A DNA stretch of 64,000 nt from Acidimicrobiia bacterium (GCA_036985855.1 BTQL01000001.1:10920-74919); one strand, 5' to 3'. Shown: positions 1 to 11,515, counted from the stretch's first letter. A program made the numbers and translations. The notes: generated from the sequence alone by a model not told the origin.

Positions 1-97
1 GGGCGAGAGCGAGGTCGACGATGGTGAAGTCGAGTCGGCGCGACGTCGCTAGCATCCGAAGGACCGACACCACGCAACGAACGGTGCTTAACCGCAC

Positions 98-1279
98 ATG
101 AATCCGCCCGAACCGCCGCCCGACACATCACCGATCGTCGAGCCGCCGAAACGCACCGTGCCACCGGCAGTGCGCGCCGTGCTCATCGTATTCCTCCTGT
201 ACCTCTTCCTCGTCGGGGTCAAGCTGCTCGAGTCGGGTGTCAAGGGCCTCGGCGACGAGACCGCCGGGGGTCTTTTCAACGGAATCACTAACCCGCTCGC
301 GGCGCTCTTCGTCGGCATCCTGGCGACGGTTCTCGTCCAATCATCTTCGGTAACGACATCCACGATCGTTGGTCTCGTGGCAGTTCCAGCCGCGATAGGT
401 CAGCCGCCGATTCTCCCACTTGAGACCGCGATACCGATGATCATGGGTGCCAACATCGGCACATCCGTCACGAACACGATCGTGTCGCTCGCTCACGCCA
501 GACGAAGCGACGAATTCCGTCTGGCGTTCTCGGCAGCAACGATGCATGACTTATTCAATCTCATCACCGTCGCCATCCTGCTGCCCCTCGAGCTCACAAC
601 CCACTTCCTGCAGAGAACCGCAACCTGGATGGCCGAGCTGCTCCCCGGAGGCGCTGACGCCACGTTCGATTCTCCCATCAAGGGTGCTGTCGGCTGGGGC
701 GCAAAGCAGATAGTCCGCGTCATCGAACCTCTCTTCAGCTCGGAGACTGCGACAGGCATCGCCTTGATCGTCGTTGGTATCGCGATCATCTTCATCGCGC
801 TCATCTACATCACAAAGAACATGAAGATCTTGATCGCTGCCCGCATCGAACGTTCTGTCAATGCGGCCCTCGCAAAGAGCGGGCTGGTAGGCATTGGAGT
901 GGGCATCGTCGTAACGGTCGCAGTCCAATCGTCGAGTATCACCACGTCGATACTTGTTCCGATTGTCGCATCCGGAATGCTGCTCGTACGGAACGCGTAT
1001 CCCATCACGCTCGGAGCAAATATCGGGACAACGGTAACGGCGCTCATCGCCGCCCTCGCGACCGGCTCGATCGATGGAATGACGATCGCAATCGTACACC
1101 TGCTGTTCAACGTTGTCGGCATTCTCATCATCTATCCATGGGGCAAGATCCGGTATCTCCCCGTCGTGCTCGCCGAGAAGCTCGCGGAGTTCGCCGTGCA
1201 AAGGAAGTGGATCGCTGTGGCGTATACGATCACCGTGTTCATCGCCATACCGATTGTGGGTATCTTGGTTCTCAGCTAG
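98..1279 (+). CDS. Na+/phosphate cotransporter family membrane protein (NptA/YjbB-like)
   Basis: 393-aa multi-TM ORF carrying the Na/Pi-cotransporter signature twice (QSSSVTTS..GANIGTSVTN and QSSSITTS..GANIGTTVTA). Confidence 0.8.
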   Translation: MNPPEPPPDTSPIVEPPKRTVPPAVRAVLIVFLLYLFLVGVKLLESGVKGLGDETAGGLFNGITNPLAALFVGILATVLVQSSSVTTSTIVGLVAVPAAIGQPPILPLETAIPMIMGANIGTSVTNTIVSLAHARRSDEFRLAFSAATMHDLFNLITVAILLPLELTTHFLQRTATWMAELLPGGADATFDSPIKGAVGWGAKQIVRVIEPLFSSETATGIALIVVGIAIIFIALIYITKNMKILIAARIERSVNAALAKSGLVGIGVGIVVTVAVQSSSITTSILVPIVASGMLLVRNAYPITLGANIGTTVTALIAALATGSIDGMTIAIVHLLFNVVGILIIYPWGKIRYLPVVLAEKLAEFAVQRKWIAVAYTITVFIAIPIVGILVLS

Positions 1280-1288
1280 GAGGCAATC

Positions 1289-1954
1289 GTGGTAATCGAA
1301 TTCTTCAGAGGCGGTCCGAGCAACGAGCTCGACGAAGTCGAGGCGAGCATCGTGGGAATGCTTCGCGACGGGAACGACGTCTTCATGACAGCGACCAACG
1401 CCCTCTTCGGCGGAGGCAAGTCCAAGGAGACCAAAGAAGAGGTCAGAACAACCGACATGGGCATCAACGAAGCGGAAAAGAGCGTTCGCCGATCGCTTCT
1501 GATTCACGCCGCAGTGAACCAGGCTGAGCTCCCGCTCGTGCTTCAGTACGCATCGATCGTCAAGGACGCCGAGCGCGTTGGCGACTACTCGAAGAACATG
1601 TATGACCTCGTGAAGTACGGCGCCAATTTCGATGGCGCCCCCGACCAGGAAGACCTCGAGCGCTACAGGGACAAGGTCGGCCGGCTCATCCTCGACGCCG
1701 CGGATGTCTTCGGCGCCAAGAACGCCAGCGCGGCACAACGTCTGCTCGGAAAGGCCGACGCCTTCCTCGACGAATACGACGCACAGGTGAGGGCCGCGTA
1801 CAAATCAAAGGGAGAAACAAGTGATGCTGTGGCGAGGGCCCTGTACTTTCGCTTCCTCAAGCGCACGACCGCCCACGTGATGAACGTGCTCACATCGCTC
1901 GTACAACCGCTCGACCGCCTCGACTACTACGACGAAGCCAAGGAAGATCGGTAG
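1289..1954 (+). CDS. PhoU-domain protein (phosphate transport regulator-like)
   Basis: GTG start 9 nt after the transporter stop, preceded by a ctaggagg RBS. Helical protein with the PhoU-like motif IVKDAERVGDYSKNM. Confidence 0.6.
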   Translation: MVIEFFRGGPSNELDEVEASIVGMLRDGNDVFMTATNALFGGGKSKETKEEVRTTDMGINEAEKSVRRSLLIHAAVNQAELPLVLQYASIVKDAERVGDYSKNMYDLVKYGANFDGAPDQEDLERYRDKVGRLILDAADVFGAKNASAAQRLLGKADAFLDEYDAQVRAAYKSKGETSDAVARALYFRFLKRTTAHVMNVLTSLVQPLDRLDYYDEAKEDR

Positions 1955-2041
1955 GCACATCGGCATCTACCGATCCATTGTCTTCGGTTCACCGTCCCCC
2001 TGACCGAAGACTGTGCGCCGGAAACTGTCTACTGTCTTCCT

Positions 2042-3241
2042 ATGGACTTTTCACACTCAGAGCGCTCACAGGGTTTTCAGGAACAGCTCCTCACTTTCAT
2101 GGACGAGCACGTTTACCCAGCAGAAACGGCGATCCGCCAACGCCACCACGCAGGTGATCACGATCCGATAGAGGCTCCACCCGAACTCGCCGAGCTGAAG
2201 CAAAGGGCTAGGGCCCAGGGGCTGTGGAATCTCTTCCTGCCCGATGATGAATACGGCGCCGGTCTGTCGAACACCGAGTACGCGCCCCTTGCCGAGATCA
2301 TGGGCCACGTCATCGAACTCGCCCCGGAAGCCACGAACTGCTCTGCCCCCGACACGGGGAACATGGAAGTGCTCCACATCTTCGGTACACCAGAACAGAA
2401 GGAGCGCTGGCTCGTGCCGCTGCTCGAAGGCGAGATCCGATCGAACTTCGGGATGACCGAGCCCGGTGCCGCCTCGTCAGACCCGCGAAACCTCAAAGCA
2501 TCCGTGATCCGTGACGGCGACGACTACATCGTCTCCGGGCGCAAGTGGTGGTCGACCGGCGCCGTGTCGAAGGACTCGAAGGTGTCGATATTCATGGGGG
2601 TCACCGATCCCGATGCCCCACCGAAGGAGCGCTACTCGATGATCCTCGTGCCCATGGACGCAGAGGGCGTGGAGATCGTCAGAGATCTCCCGGTATTTGG
2701 ATATCGCCACAGGGGTGGACATGCAGAAGTTGCGTATCACGACGTGCGCGTCCCCGCATCGAACATGATCTCCGGTCCTGGACAGGGTTACATGATCGCG
2801 CAGGCTCGTCTCGGGCCGGGGCGCATCCACCACGCGATGCGCGCCATCGGCCAGGCCGAACGGGCCCTGTCGCTGATGATCGAACGAGCGAAATCAAGAT
2901 CAGTGTTCGGGTCCCCTATTTCAGACAAGGGAGTCGTACGGGACTGGATCGCCGAATCCAGGCTCAAGATCGACCAGGCACGCCTCCTCGTGCTCCGGGC
3001 TGCGTGGCTCATCGATACACAAGGCAACAGAGCCGCGAGGCAAGAGGTTTCCGCCATCAAGGTCGTGGCTCCACGTACCGCCCTGTGGGTCATCGACAGG
3101 GCGATCCAGGTCCACGGAGGCATGGGCGTGAGCGACGACACGCCTCTCGCTGGAATGTGGGCCAACATGCGCACGCTCCAGATCGCCGATGGGCCGGATG
3201 AGGTTCACAAGATGGTTCTTGCAAGGAGGGAGTTGCGCTAG
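2042..3241 (+). CDS. acyl-CoA dehydrogenase family protein
   Basis: 399-aa ORF with acyl-CoA dehydrogenase N/M/C layout (FGMTEPGAASSD, YIVSGRKWWSTGA, IQVHGGMGVSDDTPLA, ADGPDEVH). Confidence 0.85.
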   Translation: MDFSHSERSQGFQEQLLTFMDEHVYPAETAIRQRHHAGDHDPIEAPPELAELKQRARAQGLWNLFLPDDEYGAGLSNTEYAPLAEIMGHVIELAPEATNCSAPDTGNMEVLHIFGTPEQKERWLVPLLEGEIRSNFGMTEPGAASSDPRNLKASVIRDGDDYIVSGRKWWSTGAVSKDSKVSIFMGVTDPDAPPKERYSMILVPMDAEGVEIVRDLPVFGYRHRGGHAEVAYHDVRVPASNMISGPGQGYMIAQARLGPGRIHHAMRAIGQAERALSLMIERAKSRSVFGSPISDKGVVRDWIAESRLKIDQARLLVLRAAWLIDTQGNRAARQEVSAIKVVAPRTALWVIDRAIQVHGGMGVSDDTPLAGMWANMRTLQIADGPDEVHKMVLARRELR

Positions 3242-3251
3242 AGCAGCCACC

Positions 3252-4190
3252 CTAACCAAACAGAAGGCTCCACCAGCGGGACCACATGCCCCTGGATCTT
3301 GGTATCGGGAGTTCGCTGAGCACGTCCGCTACGTGGTCCGGCGGGAGGTCGCCGACCAGTACGTATCGGTTCGAACCGTCCCGCCAGTAGAGGCGGACCG
3401 CTTGGGCGGTTGGGACCATCTCGTACAACCCAGTTTCGGTGACGAAGGTCATCGAGTCCTCGAAACCGGAAACAACGGTGTTACCGCCAAGGAAGAACAA
3501 CGAGAATCGGAATAGACCGTCCGTATAGAAGCCCTGCTCAGACCCGCCGGGAGCGCTGAACGCATCAACGAGTTGATAACCGGCAATCGTGTCGGGCAAC
3601 AGGACCGAATCTTCGGACATCACGACCTCTGTCGGCACTTCCGAACCGCCCGACGGCGCTTCATACGTGCGGTAGGCACGGAAGTCTGACAGTGTCGTTC
3701 GGCGATACAAATCGCCATTCTCCGCGTACAACTCCTGAAGCAGGAGCGCACCGGAACGATCGTCCACGATAAAGGATGCCCTGAGAATATCTCCCTCCAT
3801 CACCTCGACTATCTGACACGGCCTTGACATGTGGCTGACCTTGCCCCGCCTGACGATCGTGTATCGACTGGTCGAGATGTCACGTTGATGGGCGAGGAAC
3901 GTGATGCCCGCCGGCTCGTCGCCCATCGAGACAGTCTTGCCGTTTCCCGTCATCGACCAGCTCGTGTCCTTACGAACCATCTCCATGCCATCGGCACGTT
4001 CAACGAACTCTCTGGAGACCTGGGTCTGGTCACCCCACACAGAGACAACGAGACGCGACGCCGTATACGTCGAGTCTCGAGCCTCCTTGAGCACATCGTC
4101 GAGTTCAGACGCCGACACGACATTCGTGAACGACGCCATCATCAGCAGCGCAGTGGTTCCAACGAAGACGGTACGGCGAAGAGAGGTCAT
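3252..4190 (-). CDS. MucB/RseB-like sigma-E regulatory protein, secreted
   Basis: N-terminal signal peptide (TALLMMASFTNVVSASE). The C-terminal motifs YTDGLFRFSLFF and VLVGDLPPDHVADVLSEL resemble the E. coli RseB C-terminus as I recall it. ATGA overlap with the upstream anti-sigma gene. Confidence 0.6.
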   Translation of the reverse strand: MTSLRRTVFVGTTALLMMASFTNVVSASELDDVLKEARDSTYTASRLVVSVWGDQTQVSREFVERADGMEMVRKDTSWSMTGNGKTVSMGDEPAGITFLAHQRDISTSRYTIVRRGKVSHMSRPCQIVEVMEGDILRASFIVDDRSGALLLQELYAENGDLYRRTTLSDFRAYRTYEAPSGGSEVPTEVVMSEDSVLLPDTIAGYQLVDAFSAPGGSEQGFYTDGLFRFSLFFLGGNTVVSGFEDSMTFVTETGLYEMVPTAQAVRLYWRDGSNRYVLVGDLPPDHVADVLSELPIPRSRGMWSRWWSLLFG

Positions 4191-4786
4191 GGTGCGTTCG
4201 AGACCTGTACGCCGAAACCGCTCGAAGGAACCGATGCGATGGCTGTGTGGCGGGACTGGAGATCCACGATGCTGACGGCCGTCGGCTCGGGCTCGCTCGA
4301 GAAAGGACCAAGGGTGAAAGCGATGGTGACCGCCGCTATCCCTGAGGCAACCGCAACGGCTGTTCTCATGCCGCGTTTTGCGTGCTTCGCGGCTGCCCGG
4401 TGCACCTCGAGAAACTCGGGGGTTTCGAGCCCGGGAAGAGCGCGCACAGCGGTCCGGCTTCGGTCGAGTTCACCGAGCTCGCGACGGCACTCCGTGCAGG
4501 AATCGAGATGCGCCAGAACGGCGGGCATCTCCATCGTTATGAGCTCTCCGTCGAGGTACGCAGAGAGCTGCTCACCCAGATGTTCACCAGGTAGGAGATA
4601 GAGAGGAATATCGAGCATCGGAAGCATGCGCAGAGTCCTGCGGATCTCCTGCAAGCGCCGGAACTCCGCAATCGTCGTCTCGTCGTGCTCGAGCGCCTCA
4701 ACGACCTCATCGAGCTCGTTCGGCATCAGCGCACCATCGAGGTAACACGACATCAGCATCGATAGACGTTCGTTTGCTGGGGTCAT
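4187..4786 (-). CDS. anti-sigma factor, zinc-finger (ZAS, HxxxCxxC) type, single TM
   Basis: Motif AHLDSCTECRREL followed by a TM segment (TAVAVASGIAAVTIAFTLG). ATG at 4786 forms an ATGA overlap with the sigma factor stop; the ORF track start at 4795 is an alternative. Confidence 0.7.
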   Translation of the reverse strand: MTPANERLSMLMSCYLDGALMPNELDEVVEALEHDETTIAEFRRLQEIRRTLRMLPMLDIPLYLLPGEHLGEQLSAYLDGELITMEMPAVLAHLDSCTECRRELGELDRSRTAVRALPGLETPEFLEVHRAAAKHAKRGMRTAVAVASGIAAVTIAFTLGPFSSEPEPTAVSIVDLQSRHTAIASVPSSGFGVQVSNAP

Positions 4787-5301
4787 ACCGGCCATGTCAG
4801 CAATCCTCTCAGCACCGAGCGACCCCTGTGGATCCTCGACCGGACGGTGCCAACGGGCACATCGACGGCATCAGCAATCTCTTCATACGTGAGGCCAACG
4901 ACATCGCACAGAACCACCGCCTCCCTGAAGTCATAGGGAAGCTTGAGAAGCGCAGTCTGCACATCATCGGAAAGCCTCACAGACGCAAGGACTTCGTCGG
5001 GAGATGGTGACGCGCCGAGTCCAGAATGGTCGCCTTCCGGTAACGGCGAAGTTGGACGTCGCTGCTTCTTCCTAACGCCGTCGAGAAAGGTGTTGCGCGT
5101 GATCCGCCACAACCAGCCCTCGAAGGTCCCTGGTGTGTATGAAGCAAGACCCTTGCGTACCTTCAGCAGCACTTCCTGAACGAGGTCCGCGGCATCGTCG
5201 GGATTCCCCGTCAATCGGTACGCGAACGTGTAGATCTTGCGACCGTATCGGTGCGCAACATCTTCCCATGTCAACGTCGGGTTATCGGCCATGGTCCCCA
5301 T
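4783..5301 (-). CDS. ECF (group 4) RNA polymerase sigma factor, SigE-like
   Basis: 172-aa ORF with region 2 (DAADLVQEVLLKV, WLWRITRNTFLD) and region 4 (LTYEEIADAVDVPVGTVRSRIHRGR). Confidence 0.85.
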   Translation of the reverse strand: MGTMADNPTLTWEDVAHRYGRKIYTFAYRLTGNPDDAADLVQEVLLKVRKGLASYTPGTFEGWLWRITRNTFLDGVRKKQRRPTSPLPEGDHSGLGASPSPDEVLASVRLSDDVQTALLKLPYDFREAVVLCDVVGLTYEEIADAVDVPVGTVRSRIHRGRSVLRGLLTWPV

Positions 5302-5349
5302 CTCGTTCGGAATAACGCCCTGACCGCGGTGTGAGTTCCGAAGATGTGA

Positions 5350-5541
5350 CTAAACCGAGGAATCCTCAGCGTCGGCGTCATCCTCGGAGACGCCTTCTTC
5401 AATGCCCTTCTTGAACTCCTTGGCAGAAGCGCCAAGTGAGCGAGCGAGCTGAGGGAGCTTCGCCGCCCCGAAAACCAATAGCACCACAACGAGGATGACG
5501 ATCAGCTCCGGACCGCCGATGTTCCGAATGAATGCAAGCAT
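5350..5541 (-). CDS. tatA: twin-arginine translocase subunit TatA/E
   Basis: 63-aa ORF: GGPELIVILVVVLLVFGAAKLPQLARSLGASAKEFKKG followed by an acidic tail. Confidence 0.85.
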   Translation of the reverse strand: MLAFIRNIGGPELIVILVVVLLVFGAAKLPQLARSLGASAKEFKKGIEEGVSEDDADAEDSSV

Positions 5542-5592
5542 CGTGGAGTCCTTTCTTGTCGACAGTCTACCCGACAGAACGTTTTGGACGGA

Positions 5593-6531
5593 CTATGTCA
5601 AACCGAATGAATCGACGAAATTTTGTAAGCGCTCCCGCGTGATGAATACGCAGCGGTTGTCTCGTTTTTCGCGCTCGTACATCGAATACGGGCTGTATTT
5701 GTCCGTGACGAGAACCGCCTGGTCGGGGTTGGTCTGAGCAACTTCGACGGCGAACCGCGCCAACACCGATTCTTCGAGTTCGGGATGGGACCCTTCGTCG
5801 TGACGGAGAATCACGAGCATCGTCTGTTGACCATTGCGTGTAAGGCCATACACATCGGCCTTTCCGCCCAGACTCACCGACGAACCCGATCTACTCACGT
5901 GCACGTCATATCCGCTCACGCGAAGCAGGCCAAGGACAAGGTCCTCGAGATCCATCGAATCCGTGTCGACGCCGATGGACCGAAGGTGAGCCTCGGTCGG
6001 ACCTGAAAGCTCGACCAATTCGGCAACGGGCGCGAGATTTGCCTCGCCGCTCGGAGGCGATGCGACCGTGGTATCCGCCACGACCTCGTGCACAGCCGCA
6101 ATCGGATCGCGTGTCGGTTCGACCAACACCTTCTCGTCCATTGCGGGGAGAACGCCGATATCAGGGAGATCTACGATGCAGAGAACTTCTCGAACCTCGC
6201 CCCGCATCGCAGAAACCTCGATGTGCTCGACTCCGTCGAGAGGAAGCCCTTCCCTCGATCGGTCACGCAGGTACTCGACTGCCGACGCACAAAGAAGCTC
6301 GACGAGGTGCTTACCTGGTTCAGCGTCACCCAGGGGTACGGCGAACACGGTCGTCGCCGTATTTCCCGTGACGTGAAACTCAGTGACGATCGGCATCGGT
6401 CGTTCGGACACCGGGGATCGCGCATCGGCAGATCGCTCAGCGCTCTGCCCCGCCGTGCGAAACGCGATCGCGCCGAACACGACAATCGCTATACCGATGG
6501 CAATGATCAATATCGTGACAACAACGGTCAA
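5593..6531 (-). CDS. hypothetical N-terminally membrane-anchored protein
   Basis: 312-aa ORF with one N-terminal TM (VVVTILIIAIGIAIVVFGAIAF). No motif I can assign. The C-terminal ~110 aa vaguely resembles a restriction-endonuclease-like fold (weak). Confidence 0.45.
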   Translation of the reverse strand: MTVVVTILIIAIGIAIVVFGAIAFRTAGQSAERSADARSPVSERPMPIVTEFHVTGNTATTVFAVPLGDAEPGKHLVELLCASAVEYLRDRSREGLPLDGVEHIEVSAMRGEVREVLCIVDLPDIGVLPAMDEKVLVEPTRDPIAAVHEVVADTTVASPPSGEANLAPVAELVELSGPTEAHLRSIGVDTDSMDLEDLVLGLLRVSGYDVHVSRSGSSVSLGGKADVYGLTRNGQQTMLVILRHDEGSHPELEESVLARFAVEVAQTNPDQAVLVTDKYSPYSMYEREKRDNRCVFITRERLQNFVDSFGLT

Positions 6532-6661
6532 CAGGTCCTCCGTTAGGTACTTCTATCGCAGTCTAAGAGCGCAGAACTCAGAACTCGGACTTCGAACCGT
6601 TCGAAAGCGCAAGATCGTCCTCTGTGCACTGTGCCCCTCCGGTGAGCCGAAGGCGACCGCT

Positions 6662-6949
6662 CTAACCCGCCTTGCGGGCTTCCGCTGCGATCTTGCGTTC
6701 CTTGCGGATCTTTCGGCGCTCACGCTCGGACAGAGCGCCCCAGATACCGAACTTCTCACTCGATACGATTGCGAATTCGAGACACTCGACCTGCACGGAA
6801 CACTCACGGCATATCGACTTTGCGGTGCGAGTCGAAGCGCCGCGCTCGGGAAAGAACAGGTCAGGGTCGGCACCGCGACAGTTGGCGAAGTCTTGCCATG
6901 CCATGTCAATGCCTTCAGCCTGAAGGGCGTCGATGAGGTTTTCGAACAA
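6662..6949 (-). CDS. WhiB-family (Wbl) Fe-S transcriptional regulator
   Basis: Four Cys in Wbl spacing (C-x24-C-x2-C-x5-C: ANCRG..SICRECSVQVEC), a GIWG turn and a basic tail. TTG start at 6949 has an AGGAG RBS; ATG at 6904 is an alternative. Confidence 0.85.
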   Translation of the reverse strand: MFENLIDALQAEGIDMAWQDFANCRGADPDLFFPERGASTRTAKSICRECSVQVECLEFAIVSSEKFGIWGALSERERRKIRKERKIAAEARKAG

Positions 6950-7171
6950 GCGGACTCCTACGACCGTGTAATTACATTGCTGTCATTCAAGTAAGGCCGC
7001 GCGCGCCTGTCAAATGCCCGTCGCGCGAATCGCGAGAAAAGTCAAGGACCTCAGACATCTCATGGTCCCCCGTCGGCTTCTTCGCTGTGCACCGACCGCT
7101 GCCGGCGGTGAACGAACGAAAGCAACGCGAATTGGGGGATAATCAATACACGTTCGACCAAGGATGGTTCA

Positions 7172-7918
7172 GTGACCGCGACCAAACGAGCACCGGTTCA
7201 CGATCGTCAAGGCTGGCGCCAATGGCTGGGAGGGTTCTTCTCCTCCTCGGTCGGCCTCAAGTGGCTCATGGCTCTCACCGGCATCGGTCTGCTCCTCTAC
7301 ATCCTTGCTCATCTCATCGGCAACCTCAAGATCTTCCTCGGTGTTGATCCGATTACCGGCGAGTACCAGATCGATCTCTACTCAGAGGCACTCAGGACGC
7401 TCGGCGGGCACCTCGTGCCCAGAAGCTCGATTCTCGCCTTGTTCAGGATCGGTCTCGCATCCTTGTTCATCCTCCACATCTGGGCATCTGTCATCCTCAC
7501 ACGCCGCAACTGGGCGGCCAGAGGCCGCGACAGGTACGAAGCCAAGCGGCAGTATGACGAAGCGAATTATGCGAGCCGCACGATGCGGTTCAGCGGGACG
7601 ATCGTGCTCCTGTTCCTGTTATACCATCTCGCGGATCTCACCTTCGGTTATGCGAATCCCGAATATGTCTTCGGCGACGTCTACAACAACATGATCGCGA
7701 GCATGTCACAGCCGATCGTTGCTCTGATCTACATGCTCGCGAACGTCTTTCTCGCCGTACACATCTATCATGGAGCCTGGAGCCTCTTCCAGAGCCTCGG
7801 AACAGCCAACCCGAAGTACAACGACCTGCGCAGATACTTCGCTGTTGCCTTTGCCGCGGTGATCCTGGTCGGAAACATCTCGATCCCACTGGCCATCTTG
7901 GCCGGCTGGGTCTCCTGA
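7172..7918 (+). CDS. sdhC: succinate dehydrogenase cytochrome b (b558-type) membrane subunit
   Basis: 5-TM protein with conserved His-containing helices ([30 protein letters not shown]), directly upstream of sdhA. Confidence 0.8.
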   Translation: MTATKRAPVHDRQGWRQWLGGFFSSSVGLKWLMALTGIGLLLYILAHLIGNLKIFLGVDPITGEYQIDLYSEALRTLGGHLVPRSSILALFRIGLASLFILHIWASVILTRRNWAARGRDRYEAKRQYDEANYASRTMRFSGTIVLLFLLYHLADLTFGYANPEYVFGDVYNNMIASMSQPIVALIYMLANVFLAVHIYHGAWSLFQSLGTANPKYNDLRRYFAVAFAAVILVGNISIPLAILAGWVS

Positions 7919-7932
7919 TCGGAAGGGCGACC

Positions 7933-9863
<1,931 letters not shown>

Positions 9864-9864
<1 letters not shown>

Positions 9865-10622
9865 TGGACCTGTCACTCAAAGTCTGGCGGCAGGCCGGTT
9901 CAGATGAACGAGGCGAATTCAAGACATACGACGCGAAGAACGTGAGCCCTGAGTCCTCGTTTCTCGAAATGCTCGACCAGGTGAATGAGCATCTCAACGC
10001 CATAGGCGAAGAACCGATCGCATTCGACGACGACTGCCGCGAGGGTATCTGTGGCATGTGCGGCGTCATGGTGAACGGCCATCCGCACGGCCCGCAGCAA
10101 GGCACTGCCACGTGCCAGCTCCACATGCGGAAATTCGCTGACGGTGACTCGATCACGATCGAGCCGTGGAGAGCATCAAGCATGCCTGTCGTGCGGGACC
10201 TCATCGTGGATAGATCGCCACTCGACCGCATCATCGAGGCCGGCGGCTACGTATCCGTCAACACGGGGGCAGCACCAGACGCCAACATCATCGCCATCCC
10301 GAAAGAGGCAGCGGAGGCGTCCATGGATGCTGCAGCGTGCATCGGTTGTGCGGCCTGTGTCGCTGCTTGTCCCAACAGTGCCGCAAACCTGTTCACTGCT
10401 GCCAAGATCAACCATCTGAGTCTTCTCCCCCAGGGCCAGCCCGAGCGGTGGAGCAGGGTCGTTGCGATGGTTGAAACGATGGAGCAGTACTTCGGCTCGT
10501 GCACGAACTTCGGTGAGTGCGAAGCCGCATGCCCGAAGAACATCTCCATCGACTTCATCGCGATGATGAACCGCGACTACATCAAGGCCCAATTCAAGAA
10601 CCTCGTCAAGACCGCCCAGTAA
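9864..10622 (+). CDS. sdhB: succinate dehydrogenase iron-sulfur subunit
   Basis: ATG overlaps the sdhA TAA by 1 nt (TAATG). Cys clusters [22 protein letters not shown] and [12 protein letters not shown]. Confidence 0.9.
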
Positions 10623-10630
10623 CACCCCCA

Positions 10631-10690
10631 ACGCCGCGTACCCAGGGTTCTACACCGCACTGAGTCCGGTCATCAGCCCAGAGAACGGAG
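10631..10690 (+). repeat. degenerate copy of the dispersed intergenic repeat (core cccagggttc..ctgagtccggtc..agccca.agaacgg)
   Basis: Roughly 85 percent identical by eye to the 61-bp unit at 18878-18999. Begins about 10 nt after the sdhB stop. Confidence 0.7.
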
Positions 10691-10750
10691 CAACCGGGCG
10701 GAATCAGCCATGGTGCGGAGGTGTTGCCCTTTTATCACCAAGGAGAACGA

Positions 10751-11506
10751 ATGACAACACAGACTCGTGGACGTGTTCGCGTCGAAGATGGGCACAAGAG
10801 GATCCGGGTACAGATAGGTGGCGTGACCCTTGCCGACTCTGCCGACGTCAAGATGGTGTGGGAGATCCCGTACTACCCCACCTACTACTTCCAACAGGAT
10901 TCCGTTCGTGTGGACCTGCTGGTCGACTCGGGTGAGACGAAACGTTCACCAAGCAGGGGTACGGCCAACCTGTACGACATCACCGTCGGTGACCGAACCG
11001 TTGCACAAGCTGCCCGGGTGTGGAACGAGGCGAAGATCAATGAGGTCGTCGGATACGTGTCCTTCGATTGGAAATCGATGGATGCGTGGTTCGAAGAGGA
11101 TGAGGAGGTGTATGTCCATGCTCGTGACCCGTACACACGTATCGACATCCTCCAGAGCTCCCGAAATATCCGCGTCGAAGTAGACGGCGTAACCGTTGCT
11201 GAATCGGACAGGGCTCGCTTCTTGTTCGAGACGGGGCTACCCGTGCGTTACTACTTGCCGAAGACCGATGTGCACTTCGAGTATCTGACGGCGACCGAGA
11301 CCGCTACCTCATGCCCCTACAAAGGCACGGCGAGGTACTGGTCCGTCGACACGAAGGGTGATACGCACGAAGACGTCGTGTGGGGTTACGACACACCCTT
11401 ACGTGAATCACAAGAAGTCGCAGGATTCGTAGCGTTCTACAACGAGAAACTCGACATTTACGTTGACGGCGAACTCGAGGACAGACCCAAGACCATGTTC
11501 GGATGA
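10751..11506 (+). CDS. tandem DUF427-domain protein
   Basis: Two repeats of a DUF427-like module (second ends in CPYKGTARYWSV). ATG at 10751 follows an aaggagaacga RBS. Confidence 0.65.
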   Translation: MTTQTRGRVRVEDGHKRIRVQIGGVTLADSADVKMVWEIPYYPTYYFQQDSVRVDLLVDSGETKRSPSRGTANLYDITVGDRTVAQAARVWNEAKINEVVGYVSFDWKSMDAWFEEDEEVYVHARDPYTRIDILQSSRNIRVEVDGVTVAESDRARFLFETGLPVRYYLPKTDVHFEYLTATETATSCPYKGTARYWSVDTKGDTHEDVVWGYDTPLRESQEVAGFVAFYNEKLDIYVDGELEDRPKTMFG

Positions 11507-11515
11507 CTCCCAAGC

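Noticed and set aside
551-1738. 395-aa minus-strand ORF antisense to the Na/Pi transporter and PhoU genes
   Set aside because: It has a skewed Arg/Asp/His/Cys-rich composition and no motifs, and it lies fully antisense to two genes with clear family signatures. This is a typical high-GC shadow ORF.
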